From the NCBI GenBank assembly GCA_036507075.1, contig DASXQR010000088.1, positions 2,253 to 66,252 on the forward strand: a DNA stretch of 64,000 nt. Direction: 5' to 3'. Source of the DNA: Acidobacteriota bacterium. Lineage in GTDB: Bacteria; Acidobacteriota; UBA6911; JACQSX01. The translations under genes were made by a program, and so were the position numbers. Positions 40,069 through 50,394 of this stretch are shown here, in pieces. The notes beneath the pieces are model-generated. The model saw only the letters and a list, made by a program, of their open reading frames with translations, was not told the DNA's origin and ran no database searches. Numbering within the stretch: position 1 is the first letter of the stretch; the number at the start of each line of letters is the position of its first letter.

Positions 40069-43000
40069 ATGTGCAGCCGAGAGGGTTCAAGTAACAATTC
40101 ACGAAGGTCAACACGATTGCGAAGCTGGCTGCTGATCGGTTGCCTGTCAGTGGCCGCGGTTGCCGGCATCCGCTGGATTTCTGCCGCCCAGGCAAATCCG
40201 TTCCTTCGACAGAATCCTGCCCAGCTTCCAGGCGGCGCCACTTCATTTGCGCAGCCGGCATCGCCGCAGCAACAGGCAAAAGACCCCCAGGTTGAAGACC
40301 AGCTTCTAGTCAAGTTCAAAGACCAGGCCTCAGAAGCCTCCATGCAGGCGGCACACGGGCGGGCAAGGGCGAACGTTCTGAAGAAATACAAGATCCTCAA
40401 GAACCTGCACCTGGTGAAACTTCCCAAGAACATGACCGTCAAGGAGGCTGCCCTTCTGTACCGGGAAAATCCCGACGTCTCCTACGCCGAACCAAACACG
40501 ATCATCCGCCTGGAAACAACTCCCAACGATCCTTCCTTCCCCTCCCTGTGGGGATTGCAAAACACCGGCCAGAATTCCGGCACACCTGACGCCGACATCG
40601 ACGCCACCCAAGCCTGGGACATCACGCGTGGAAGCAGCAGCGTGGTGGTGGCCGTCGTGGACACGGGCATTGACTACAACCATCCCGACCTGGCCGCCAA
40701 CATCTGGAGCAACACAGCCGATTGCAACAACAACGGCATCGACGATGATGGAAACGGCTACATCGATGACTGTCATGGGATCGACCTGGCCAACGGGGAC
40801 AGCAATCCCATGGACGACCACAGTCATGGAACACACGTGGCGGGAATCATCGGCGCGTCGGGTAATAACTCGGCCGGAGTGGTCGGCGTGAACTGGAATG
40901 TTTCCCTGATGGCCTGCAAGTTTATTTCGTCCGGGGGTTCGGGAACGCTGGCGGCCGCCATCGGGTGTCTGGAATACGTGCAGACAATGAAGGATCGCGG
41001 TGTAAACATCGTTGCCACCAACAACAGTTGGGCCTCGAATCAGTTCTCTCAGGCGCTGCTGGATGCCATCGAAGCTCACCGCCAGCGCGGGATCCTTTTC
41101 GTTGCCGCGGCGGGAAATGACGCCTTCAACAACGACACTGCTTCCGTCTACCCGGCCAATTACTTCCTTCCGAACATCATCTCCGTAGCCGCCACAACGC
41201 GCACCGATTCGCTTGCCTATTTTTCAAACTTCGGAAGACGCTCCGTGCACGTCGGAGCGCCCGGTCATGAAATTCTGAGCACCACGCCGTCGAATACCTA
41301 TTCCACGTACAGCGGAACGTCCATGGCGACTCCACATGTCACCGGATTGACGGCGCTGCTGAAAGCCCAGGATCCATCGCGCGACTGGAAGGCCATCCGC
41401 AATCTGATTCTTTCGGGCGGAGATACCATCTCCGCTCTTTCCGGCACCATCACACAGAGACGCATAAACGCCTTCGGCTCTCTGGCGTGTCTTGGCTCCG
41501 TCGTCGTGTCGCGTCTTCGACCCGTCCGCAGCGTGGTGTCTGGAACGATCGGCCAACCGGTCGACCTCGCGGCGCTCCACATCAATTGCGCTGTTCCAAA
41601 CGGGCCGGTAATTGTCGGAGTTGACAACGGGCAGACAGTGACGCTGCTGGACGACGGCTTGGCGAATGATCAGGTCGCGGGCGACGGCATTTATTCGGGG
41701 CAGTGGACACCTCCTTCACAGGGAAGCTTTAATCTCAGTTTCCCCGGCGGCGATGTTGTGACCGTGCATGCCCTTTCTAATTACGCTCCCGTCTCGACAG
41801 TTTTTAACTGGAGAACCTTTACCGGCGCCAGTCTCAATCTGGGAGACGATGCGGCGGCTCAGATCACATCTCCCTTTCCGATCCTGTTCGGCGGCGGAAA
41901 CTTCACGTCACTTTTCGTCGGAAGCAACGGCTACATCAGCTTCAGCAATGCCTTTACCGAGTACTTCAATCTCTCTCTTCCGACCTCGCGCATCTCGACT
42001 TTAGTTTCGCCTTTCTGGGACGATCTCAGCCCGACTTCGAATCAGGCGCAAAATGTCTATTGGGGCGTGCTCGGCACGGCTCCCAACCGCGAGTTGGTGG
42101 TCGAGTGGAGAGACGTGCCGCACTACAGTTGCCCGGCAGAGAACGGTGTGAAGTTCCAGGTGGTTTTCTTTGAAGGAAGCAGCGACGTCGTGTTCAACCA
42201 CGCGGACGTAATTTTCGGATCGCCCTGCTCGGGATATGACCAGGGAGCTTCCGCCACTGTGGGAATTCAGGTCTCCTCGGCGCTGGCGAGCCAGTACAGC
42301 ATTTACGCTCCCAGTCTGAGCAACAACACTGCTCTGCTTTGGAAGATCAACGTTCCTCCCACCGATCTGATCGTGTCGTCCGTTTCTGCGCCGGCAGCCT
42401 CGCCGGCAGGCGCAAGCATCACCATCTCGGACACCACAACGAACCAGGGCCCCAGCTCGTCGGATCCATCCACCACAAAACTTTATCTTTCCGCCAACAC
42501 GACTGTGGATGCTTCCGATCTGCTCCTGGGCAGTCAATCCGTACCGGGCCTCGCATCGGACGCTTCGAGCACGGCTTCAATGACGGTCACTCTGCCCGCC
42601 GGAACGGCAGGTTCCTATTACATCCTGGCACGGGCGGACGCCAACAATGAAGTAGCGGAAGTCAACGAGAGCAACAACGTAAGCTACTCCTTCCTGCAGA
42701 TCGGCGCCGACCTTACCATCTCGGCATTTTCCGCGCCTCCCACCGGGGGAGCGGGCGGGACAATTACGGTAACCGACACCACCAGGAACCTGGCAACAGT
42801 GGCAGCCGACGTTTCCGTCACTCGCTTCTATCTCTCCACTGACAGCGCGATTGATGCGGCAGACACGATGCTGGGTGGTCGTGCCGTGCCGAGCCTTCCG
42901 GCGGGAGCCGTCAGCACCGGCTCCACGTCGGTGACCCTCCCGACGGGAATTTCGGCGGGAATCTACTACGTGATGGCGAAGACCGACGCGGACAATACGG

Positions 43001-46000
43001 TGGCCGAAATCAGCGAAACCAACAACATCACCTACGTGCTGATACAAATCGGATCCGATCTGGTCATTTCCAGCTTCAACTCACCGGTGACGGGAGGCGC
43101 GGGAGCAACGATTACGGTAAGCGACACGACTCGAAACCAGGGTGGAGGAGACGCGGGCGCTTCAGTAACCCGTTTTTACCTGTCCAGCGACGCCGCCGTC
43201 GACGCAGGCGACAGCGTGCTGGGAAGCCGAGCCGTTCCCTCCCTTACTTCAGGCGGATCCAACTCGGGCTCAATATCGGCCACCATACCCGCAAGCACCG
43301 GCACGGGCAGTTATTACATCGTGGCGAAGACGGACGCGGACAATCTGGTGTCGGAAATCAGCGAAACCAATAACGTGACCTATTCTGCCATTCAAATTGG
43401 AGCCGATCTGGTGATGTCCGGGTTGACGGCGCCTTCCGTCGGTGGAGCCGGCAGCTCGATCACCATCAACGATACAACCAAGAATCAAGGCGGGGGCACA
43501 GCTATTGCGTCCATCACTCGCTTTTATCTCTCCAGCGACGCCCTGATCGACGCCGCCGACACGATGCTTGGCAGCCGCTCGGTCGGGTCTCTGGCAGCGG
43601 GAGCGACCAGCAGCGGATCGACATCGGTCACAATCCCGGCCAGTACTCCTGCCGGTTCGTACTACATTCTCGCCAAGGCCGACGCGGACAACGTGGTTGC
43701 AGAGACCGGGGAGACAAACAACACGACATTCACTTTTATCCAGACTGGACCCGACCTGATCGTGGCCACGGTCTCGGCCGGTTCTAACGGCGGCGCCGGA
43801 TTGCCGCTCACCGTAACAGACACTACTCGAAACCAGGGCGCCGGAAACGCCGATCCGTCGGTGACTCGATTTTACCTCTCGTCGAACGGCACGCTCGACG
43901 CGGCCGACAGTCTGCTGGGCAGCCGATCGGTCGCATCGCAGGCAGCCGGCGCAAGCAGTACGGCCAACACCACGGTGACCATTCCGGCGGGTACCGCCAC
44001 AGGACTGTACTACCTGTTTGCAAAAGCGGATGCCGACGGAACGGTCAGTGAGACCACCGAGACGAATAATATTTCCTACGCCACGCTGACGGTCGGCCCC
44101 GACCTGGTGATGTATGCGTTGTCGGCGCCGTCGAGCGGAGGAGCCGGGACAAATATCACGGTCAATGACACTGCGAAGAACCAAGGGGCGGGCGATGCAG
44201 GCGCTTCCACAACGCGCTTCTATTTGTCCACTGACAGCACGGTAGATGCCTCAGATGTTGTACTGGGCGCGCGCCCGGTTCCTTTGCTTGCTGCGGGAGC
44301 AACCAACAGCGCAGCCACAACGGTCATGATTCCGGCAGGGACCGCGGCAGGGTTCTACTACCTTTTGGCAAAGGCTGACGCCGACAGCGCGGTAACGGAG
44401 ACTATCGAGACCAACAACACGACCTACGCCTTCATCACGATAGGCTCGGATTTGGTGACGCTTTCCATCTCCGCGCCGTCAGTCGGAGGCGCGGGCGCAA
44501 GCATTACCATTACAGAAACAACAAAGAACCAGGGTTCCGGCGTCGCCGATCCTTCAACTACGAAGTTTTACCTTTCCAGCAATACAACCGTTGACGCGGC
44601 CGACATATTTCTGGGAGGCCGGCCTGTTCCCTCGCTTGGATCGGGCGCAACCAGCTCCGGATCGACCACAGTGACGATTCCAGCCGGCACGCCGGCGGGT
44701 TTTTACTACCTGCTGGGCAAAGCCGATGCAGACGGGGTGGTAACCGAGACCAGTGAAACCAACAATACCAATTACACCTACTTGACGGTGGGATCGGATC
44801 TGGTCATGTACAGCCTGACGGCGCCGTCTTCTGGTGGAGCAGGTTCGGCGCTGGCCGTTAGCGACACCACTCGAAACCAGGGCGGCGGAAGCGCCGATGC
44901 TTCGGTGACGCGGTTCTACCTTTCCACTAACAGTTATCTTGACGCGCCGGACATCGTGCTTGGCAGCCGGCCTGTTCCCTCGCTTGCTGCCGGCGTTTCC
45001 AACAGCGCCTCGACTTCCGTTACCATTCCTGCGGGAACGGCGACCGGTTTTTATTATCTGCTGGCCAAAGCGGACGCCGATGATTCCGTCGGGGAATCAA
45101 ACGAAACCAACAATACAACGTATGCCTATCTCTACGTCGGCCCCGACCTGGTGATGTCCTCTCTTACGGCGCCCCAGAGTGGAGGAGCCGGCGCTCCACT
45201 TTCGATCACCGACGGCACGAGAAATCAGGGAGGCGGCACAGCGTCGGCTTCCACGACGAGCTTTTACCTTTCGACCAACGGATCGCTGGATGCGGCCGAT
45301 ACCTTCCTCGGAAGCAGATCTGTCGCCGCTTTAGCGCCCGGCGAAATCAGCACGTCTTCCACGGTCGTGACTATTCCGCCAGGAACGGCCACCGGTTCCT
45401 ATTACCTGCTCGCGAAATCGGACGCGGACAATTCTGTGGTCGAGACCAACGAAACCAACAACACGACGTATACCTATCTGCAGATCGGCTCCGATTTGAC
45501 CCTGTCGGGATTTACGGCGCCGGCCAACGGCGGAGCTGGTGCGACCATCGTCGTCACCGATACTACTCGAAACTCGGGCGGCGGGCCCGTGGGAGCGTCC
45601 ACTACGAGATTCTATCTTTCCGGCAATGCCAGCGTTGATGCAGGCGATGCGGTACTGGGAAGCCGGAGCGTTCCGGCTCTGGCGGCGGGCGAAACCAGCA
45701 CAGCTTCGACGACGGTAACGATTCCAGCCGGAACAGGTCCAGGCTGGTACTACCTGCTGGCAAAAGCCGATGCCGATGACGTCGTGGCAGAGCTGAACGA
45801 GACAAACAACACGACCTACACTTACATTCAGATCGGCCCGGATTTGGTATTCGCCGGTTTTTACGGCCCGCCGTCGGCCGCTCCCGGCAGCTCGATCACG
45901 GTAACCGACAGCACTCGGAACCAGGGCGCGGGCAGTACCCCGGCTTCCGTAACCAGGTTCTATCTTTCTACCAACAGCACAGTGGATGCTGGTGACGTTT

Positions 46001-46191
46001 ATCTTGGCAGCCGCTCCATTGCCGGGCTGGCGGGCAGCGAAACCAGCACTGGCGACACGGTGCTGGTGATTCCGGCCGGCACCGCCGCGGGATGGTATTA
46101 CCTGATTGCTAAAGCCGATGCCGACAACGGAGTGACGGAACTGGACGAGACAAACAATACCAGCTACAGGTTTATCCAGATTGTCCCATAA
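40069..46191 (+). CDS. Subtilisin (S8) serine protease with 11 tandem CARDB domains
   Basis: Triad motifs VDTGID / HGTHVAG / GTSMATP; eleven 116-aa repeats DL...TRFYLS..D...YY.LAKADAD..V.E..ETNN. Confidence 0.95.
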   Translation: MCSREGSSNNSRRSTRLRSWLLIGCLSVAAVAGIRWISAAQANPFLRQNPAQLPGGATSFAQPASPQQQAKDPQVEDQLLVKFKDQASEASMQAAHGRARANVLKKYKILKNLHLVKLPKNMTVKEAALLYRENPDVSYAEPNTIIRLETTPNDPSFPSLWGLQNTGQNSGTPDADIDATQAWDITRGSSSVVVAVVDTGIDYNHPDLAANIWSNTADCNNNGIDDDGNGYIDDCHGIDLANGDSNPMDDHSHGTHVAGIIGASGNNSAGVVGVNWNVSLMACKFISSGGSGTLAAAIGCLEYVQTMKDRGVNIVATNNSWASNQFSQALLDAIEAHRQRGILFVAAAGNDAFNNDTASVYPANYFLPNIISVAATTRTDSLAYFSNFGRRSVHVGAPGHEILSTTPSNTYSTYSGTSMATPHVTGLTALLKAQDPSRDWKAIRNLILSGGDTISALSGTITQRRINAFGSLACLGSVVVSRLRPVRSVVSGTIGQPVDLAALHINCAVPNGPVIVGVDNGQTVTLLDDGLANDQVAGDGIYSGQWTPPSQGSFNLSFPGGDVVTVHALSNYAPVSTVFNWRTFTGASLNLGDDAAAQITSPFPILFGGGNFTSLFVGSNGYISFSNAFTEYFNLSLPTSRISTLVSPFWDDLSPTSNQAQNVYWGVLGTAPNRELVVEWRDVPHYSCPAENGVKFQVVFFEGSSDVVFNHADVIFGSPCSGYDQGASATVGIQVSSALASQYSIYAPSLSNNTALLWKINVPPTDLIVSSVSAPAASPAGASITISDTTTNQGPSSSDPSTTKLYLSANTTVDASDLLLGSQSVPGLASDASSTASMTVTLPAGTAGSYYILARADANNEVAEVNESNNVSYSFLQIGADLTISAFSAPPTGGAGGTITVTDTTRNLATVAADVSVTRFYLSTDSAIDAADTMLGGRAVPSLPAGAVSTGSTSVTLPTGISAGIYYVMAKTDADNTVAEISETNNITYVLIQIGSDLVISSFNSPVTGGAGATITVSDTTRNQGGGDAGASVTRFYLSSDAAVDAGDSVLGSRAVPSLTSGGSNSGSISATIPASTGTGSYYIVAKTDADNLVSEISETNNVTYSAIQIGADLVMSGLTAPSVGGAGSSITINDTTKNQGGGTAIASITRFYLSSDALIDAADTMLGSRSVGSLAAGATSSGSTSVTIPASTPAGSYYILAKADADNVVAETGETNNTTFTFIQTGPDLIVATVSAGSNGGAGLPLTVTDTTRNQGAGNADPSVTRFYLSSNGTLDAADSLLGSRSVASQAAGASSTANTTVTIPAGTATGLYYLFAKADADGTVSETTETNNISYATLTVGPDLVMYALSAPSSGGAGTNITVNDTAKNQGAGDAGASTTRFYLSTDSTVDASDVVLGARPVPLLAAGATNSAATTVMIPAGTAAGFYYLLAKADADSAVTETIETNNTTYAFITIGSDLVTLSISAPSVGGAGASITITETTKNQGSGVADPSTTKFYLSSNTTVDAADIFLGGRPVPSLGSGATSSGSTTVTIPAGTPAGFYYLLGKADADGVVTETSETNNTNYTYLTVGSDLVMYSLTAPSSGGAGSALAVSDTTRNQGGGSADASVTRFYLSTNSYLDAPDIVLGSRPVPSLAAGVSNSASTSVTIPAGTATGFYYLLAKADADDSVGESNETNNTTYAYLYVGPDLVMSSLTAPQSGGAGAPLSITDGTRNQGGGTASASTTSFYLSTNGSLDAADTFLGSRSVAALAPGEISTSSTVVTIPPGTATGSYYLLAKSDADNSVVETNETNNTTYTYLQIGSDLTLSGFTAPANGGAGATIVVTDTTRNSGGGPVGASTTRFYLSGNASVDAGDAVLGSRSVPALAAGETSTASTTVTIPAGTGPGWYYLLAKADADDVVAELNETNNTTYTYIQIGPDLVFAGFYGPPSAAPGSSITVTDSTRNQGAGSTPASVTRFYLSTNSTVDAGDVYLGSRSIAGLAGSETSTGDTVLVIPAGTAAGWYYLIAKADADNGVTELDETNNTSYRFIQIVP

Positions 46192-46240
46192 CCGCTGCAC
46201 CCATGTCAGAGGTGCCGGAGCCGGAGTTTCTAGATTTGGG

Positions 46241-46333
46241 GCGGAGAGACGGCCTGAGGGCCGTCTCAGGGAATCTCCCGGGATGGGCCTGCCGTCGACT
46301 TCGCCTGAGACGGCCCTCGGGCCGTCTCTCCGC
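46241..46333. repeat. REP doublet between convergent genes
   Basis: GCGGAGAGACGGCCTGAGGGCCGTCTCAGG ... CCTGAGACGGCCCTCGGGCCGTCTCTCCGC. Confidence 0.85.
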
Positions 46334-46343
46334 ATGACTAAGG

Positions 46344-48044
46344 TTAAAACGCATCCGGCCGGCCGGCGATTTCATCCAATTGGCGGCGCGTGTAGGAACC
46401 GAGGCTTCTGAAATCCAGATTGACGTAATTCTGCACCCACTGCAGGGAAATCTTGCACGCCTTCTGGTAGCTTTCTTCCGCTCCGGCATTGTCTTCATCG
46501 GCAGGAGCGCCGCGCAGATGAGCCACGATGTCCTGTGTCTCTTCCTGCAGCAGCCGCTTTGCCAGAGGAAAATCATGGACGTCGGCGGAATCGGTGCAAC
46601 GCACACGGTGTCGAATCCGCTGTGCGATTTGCGCCACCGAGATCCGCGCCGTCGCCAGGTCTTCCATTAGAGCCGGGTGAATTCCAGGCTTGCCCGCCAG
46701 GCTGTCGATTCCCTTGGCTCCGCGACCATTGAGCCAGCCTTCCAGGTACTCAACCAGCATGCGGGCGTTGCGACGTGTTCCAGCAAGCGTGATCGGTCCT
46801 GCAGGAACTCCGATCCGGACAGGATAATTCTCCGGTTCGGCCATTTCCCGCGTTGGTTTCCAACCCGAGCCGCGCAACTGTCGAAACGGGTCGCCTGCCG
46901 TTTTCATGTGAAAGATATGGGCCACCCATCCGCGCAGGAATCCCTGGCGCGCTTCCCATTCTTTGTCTGTGCGAATGGCCGCGGCGGCCGCCTTGTTTAC
47001 CTCGTCGTCCTTGCTTGGAAGAGCGGTCGCCATGCCTCCGATGGGAACAGCGCCGCGCTTCAGGCATACCGCTACCAGGCGTCGGAATATGTTGGCCAGA
47101 AAATCAGTCGTTTTGATATCGACCCCAAAGCGGTCCGGCCACACCGAGGCCGGATCATTCATGACAAACTCCAGAAGACTTGCTTTGAAATCCCAGCGCG
47201 CCGCATTCAGTCCCGCGGCATACGGGCCCAGGGCAAACAACATCTCTTCCATTTGATACGCGGCGGGCAGGGACTCGATCAGCAGAACAGCGCGGATCAC
47301 CGCGTTCTTCAGAAAGGGAACCTGTTCCTGCGCCGCCTGAAAAAAATCTCTCCAGTATTTCGCCTCCGCCGCGGATTCAAGCTTCGGCAGGTAAAAATAG
47401 ATTCCCTGCCCGCGCTCCACCTGGGCCCGTCCGGCGTGAAACAGCGTAAGCGCTGTCCCCAGGATGCTGGCGGGAACAGGCCGCCCGCCGATTGTCACAT
47501 CGGGTTCATCAAGGTGAATCCCGCGCTCGCGATGCATGAAGAAAGGAAGCTCGCCTTCCGCAATGCGGTAGGTTTTTCCTTTTTTTTCATCTTTGTATGT
47601 GAGCGTGCGTTCCACTGCCCCTTTGCGGTTCCACGCGGCGCGAACCGTGTCTTCAAAGCGGTGACCGGCAGAATCTTCGTCGTCGTCCAGGTCCCCTTCG
47701 GCGCGAACGCCATCAGGGCCGGGATTGAGCGCGTTGATGAACATTCCCGTCACTGAAGCGGGGCCTGATATCTCTATACCGGGCCTTTTCAAATCCTCCG
47801 GTACCCACAGGACACGCCAGTCTGCTGCGGCCTCGATGCTGAGAGGAAATTGTCGCGGCTGGTTTCCCGCGTGGGCCAGCTTGAGAACTTCGGCACGTTT
47901 TTGTCTCAGTTCATGAATGAGGGGAGTAAATCTCTGATTCACGTATGTCAGGAAACGGACGAAATCGGGGGTGAAGAGATCGGCGGCGCCTTCCAGGGCC
48001 GCGAATTGAATTGCGCGACTTTGAGCAGCCGGTTCAGTTGACAT
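46344..48044 (-). CDS. aceB: Malate synthase (A-like, divergent)
   Basis: EISGP, INALN, YFYLPKLES, LIES, GLNAARWD, GGMA, LMEDLATARIS. Confidence 0.88.
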   Translation of the reverse strand: MSTEPAAQSRAIQFAALEGAADLFTPDFVRFLTYVNQRFTPLIHELRQKRAEVLKLAHAGNQPRQFPLSIEAAADWRVLWVPEDLKRPGIEISGPASVTGMFINALNPGPDGVRAEGDLDDDEDSAGHRFEDTVRAAWNRKGAVERTLTYKDEKKGKTYRIAEGELPFFMHRERGIHLDEPDVTIGGRPVPASILGTALTLFHAGRAQVERGQGIYFYLPKLESAAEAKYWRDFFQAAQEQVPFLKNAVIRAVLLIESLPAAYQMEEMLFALGPYAAGLNAARWDFKASLLEFVMNDPASVWPDRFGVDIKTTDFLANIFRRLVAVCLKRGAVPIGGMATALPSKDDEVNKAAAAAIRTDKEWEARQGFLRGWVAHIFHMKTAGDPFRQLRGSGWKPTREMAEPENYPVRIGVPAGPITLAGTRRNARMLVEYLEGWLNGRGAKGIDSLAGKPGIHPALMEDLATARISVAQIAQRIRHRVRCTDSADVHDFPLAKRLLQEETQDIVAHLRGAPADEDNAGAEESYQKACKISLQWVQNYVNLDFRSLGSYTRRQLDEIAGRPDAF

Positions 48045-48069
48045 TTACGTCTTCCTTCTTTGAAACGCT

Positions 48070-48138
48070 GATTTCACCACAAAGGCACAAAGGGCACAAA
48101 GAATCTTTTCGTGTTCCTTGTGTCTTCGTGGTGAAATC
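48070..48138. repeat. Inverted 8/9-mer array hairpin (CACAAAG type)
   Basis: GATTTCACCACAAAGGCACAAAGGGCACAAAG ... CCTTGTGTCTTCGTGGTGAAATC. Confidence 0.85.
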
Positions 48139-48159
48139 TGCAGAAGAATAATCTGCACC

Positions 48160-49098
48160 ATGATCGAAATAACACCTGAGACGCGACTGAACGAAGCCAC
48201 TTCGCCGCGCGCGCCCTCTCGCCGGGCAGCGATTGCCGGAAATATCGGAGCCATTTTTCTGGGTGGCGTGTTACTGGTGGCGGCGTGGGGAAAAACTACC
48301 GATCTGATGGCATTCAGCCAGCAGGTGCACACCGAGGGCCTGGACTTTTTGTTTTCCGCAAAAGCCGTCGCTGTAGCCGCTCTTGCTCTGGAAGCAGGGC
48401 TGGGCATGATGCTCTTGCTCGGAATTCGCCGCTTGTGGGTCCTGATTCCGGCGGCGTTGCTGGCGGCATTTTTTGTCTTTCTGACCGGACGCAATTTTTG
48501 GCTGGTCTCCAAAGGACTGCGCGACCCGGCTGCGTCCTGCGGCTGCTTTGGAAGCCTTGTCCATCGCACCCCCGGCCAGGCGCTCTGGCAGGACCTGGCG
48601 CTGCTCGTGCCGGCCCTGGCGCTTTCATTCGCAGGCCGAGGCTTCGGCGCATCGCCCCTGCCGAAATGGCGCCTGCTTGCGGCCCTGTCTGCGGCCGTAT
48701 TGCTCCCCGCGTATTCTCTTCACATTTCCGATCTCCGCATGATTGACATCACCACGCAAGCGGTTCCCGGTAATCTTTCCGGCTTTCAGGAGACGCGCGA
48801 CTACCTGCTCTTTGTCGACGGAAAACAGGAACCGCAGGCAAAGATTTATATCTCGGACGTGTCGGTTGCCTTGTTGATCGTCTCGCCGGCACTCCCCTCG
48901 ATTGTAGTTGTCAAGCCGAATACCTCTGAAGTTGCAACCGTAGACGGCTCGGCAATGGTTCCGCGCGCCGGCGGCGGGATAGACTTGCGTTCGCGCGCGC
49001 AACTCAAGCCCGAGGGCAAATTCGAGATCATCGGGGACGCAATGACGTTTCAGGCGGGGTCGCATCAGATACGACTTCAAAACCGGCCCCGCGGTTGA
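48160..49098 (+). CDS. MauE/DoxX family membrane protein with extra C-terminal soluble domain
   Basis: Several TM helices, SCGCFG motif. Confidence 0.85.
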   Translation: MIEITPETRLNEATSPRAPSRRAAIAGNIGAIFLGGVLLVAAWGKTTDLMAFSQQVHTEGLDFLFSAKAVAVAALALEAGLGMMLLLGIRRLWVLIPAALLAAFFVFLTGRNFWLVSKGLRDPAASCGCFGSLVHRTPGQALWQDLALLVPALALSFAGRGFGASPLPKWRLLAALSAAVLLPAYSLHISDLRMIDITTQAVPGNLSGFQETRDYLLFVDGKQEPQAKIYISDVSVALLIVSPALPSIVVVKPNTSEVATVDGSAMVPRAGGGIDLRSRAQLKPEGKFEIIGDAMTFQAGSHQIRLQNRPRG

Positions 49099-49109
49099 CC
49101 AAAAATCCG

Positions 49110-49283
49110 AGTAAGAATCTTCTCACCACAAAGACACAAAGGTCACAAAGTCAGACGAGGGGCTGGCAGAGTCTGGTCAGGTCTCAAAGTGAGCAGTGGC
49201 AGCGGATTCCAAGGTGACCAGACTCTGCCAGCCCCTCGTCTGACTTTGTGACCTTTGTGTCTTTGTGGTGAGAAATTCTTACT
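49110..49283. repeat. Long perfect inverted repeat (60-bp arms, 35-nt loop)
   Basis: 49120-49179 is the exact reverse complement of 49215-49274; extends 9 bp further past a 1-nt bulge. Confidence 0.95.
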
Positions 49284-49829
49284 TCAGATGGCGACGTTCA
49301 AGACGTTACCGGGGGGCCGGTTTTCAGTTCCGCAGATTTTGCTCACCGATGAGGTGTCGATGTTAATCGGCGTGTCGGGCGCCGCCATGTCCGCTACTCT
49401 GTGGAAGTGTTGCAATACATTGACTGGCGAGCGAAATCTGGACAATTCGGCGCTCTTCTGCGCCAGAAACCACAGTCGCACCAGCCGGTCTCCCTGGGGG
49501 CCGATGACGGCCTTTCCCTGCTCGATTCGTGAAAATGTCTGCGCCGTATAACCGAGCTTGTCTGCAAATTCCTTGGATTTCATCGCCAGGTTCTTTCGCA
49601 GAAAGCGAACCTCTTTGCCGGACAACCTGCCGGGCTTTTCGATCACATATAACGCAATGCAAAGTTGAACGTAGAGCAGGTTCGGAATCTCAGGCATCAG
49701 TGTTTTGCATTTGGGGCAGCGCCGCACCTGCACAGCGGTAAGGTAGACATTATCCAGCCCGCTCTCGGTGTAGTGATAACGACTGACTTCTTTGGGGATT
49801 AACTGGGAACCGCATTTAAGGCACTTCAT
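49284..49829 (-). CDS. MqsA/YgiT-type zinc-finger + XRE HTH antitoxin
   Basis: CLKC...CPKC, YTESGLDNVYL, EVRFLRK...SRIEQG. Confidence 0.88.
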   Translation of the reverse strand: MKCLKCGSQLIPKEVSRYHYTESGLDNVYLTAVQVRRCPKCKTLMPEIPNLLYVQLCIALYVIEKPGRLSGKEVRFLRKNLAMKSKEFADKLGYTAQTFSRIEQGKAVIGPQGDRLVRLWFLAQKSAELSRFRSPVNVLQHFHRVADMAAPDTPINIDTSSVSKICGTENRPPGNVLNVAI

Positions 49830-49841
49830 ACAATCTCCCTG

Positions 49842-50123
49842 CTACACGGCAACATCCCGAATTGTAAGGCGGAATTCTTCCACCGTCAGGAGGATTTTTA
49901 ATCGCTGGCCCTCGAGATTCTTACCAGCCACAGAATACATCCAACTGTGAAGGTTGGGAACCCAGACCGGGGGTGAATCATAGTTTCCATGCTCGAGAGC
50001 ATGAATCAGATCGTTATCGTCGATTCCCTGCTCTTTCATCTGGGACTTGCATTGCGGATCGATCAGGGTATTGCCCGTCTGTACGGCGTTTGAGACAACT
50101 CTCTTCAGTTGAGAAGGGTTCAA
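49842..50123 (-). CDS. DUF4258-like (RelE/MqsR-fold) toxin, possibly frameshifted or degenerate
   Basis: Short ORF upstream of the antitoxin; GIDDNDLIHALEHG...W.YSVAG..LEG..L.I. Confidence 0.7.
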   Translation of the reverse strand: MNPSQLKRVVSNAVQTGNTLIDPQCKSQMKEQGIDDNDLIHALEHGNYDSPPVWVPNLHSWMYSVAGKNLEGQRLKILLTVEEFRLTIRDVAV

Positions 50124-50229
50124 TATAGGAGGCCCCCATATTCATGTATCGCTCCTCCTGAAATTGACTTTATGTTAAGTTTTCCGTCCGTCAAGACCAG
50201 GAACCTACGAAGGCTGGAAAAAACCCGTC

Positions 50230-50394
50230 GGAATGGGGAATGCCGCCAAAAATGCGGAATGCGGAATGGGGGAATGCGGAATGGGGAATGCAGAATGGAA
50301 ATTCTACTCAGGCCTGATTCTTCAAAACAGACGAAATTGCTTCGCCATTTCGCATTTTGACGGCATTCCGCATTTTGGGGGCATTCTGCATTCC
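50230..50394. repeat. Inverted GAATG(C/G)G heptamer arrays
   Basis: (GGAATGC/GGAATGG)n at ~50230-50300 vs (GCATTYY)n at ~50345-50394, abutting the symporter stop codon. Confidence 0.85.

Noticed and set aside
43270-46335. Long antisense ORFs (e.g. 43270-44184, 45331-46335, and similar ones elsewhere)
   Set aside because: Shadow frames of GC-rich genes with no motifs or SD
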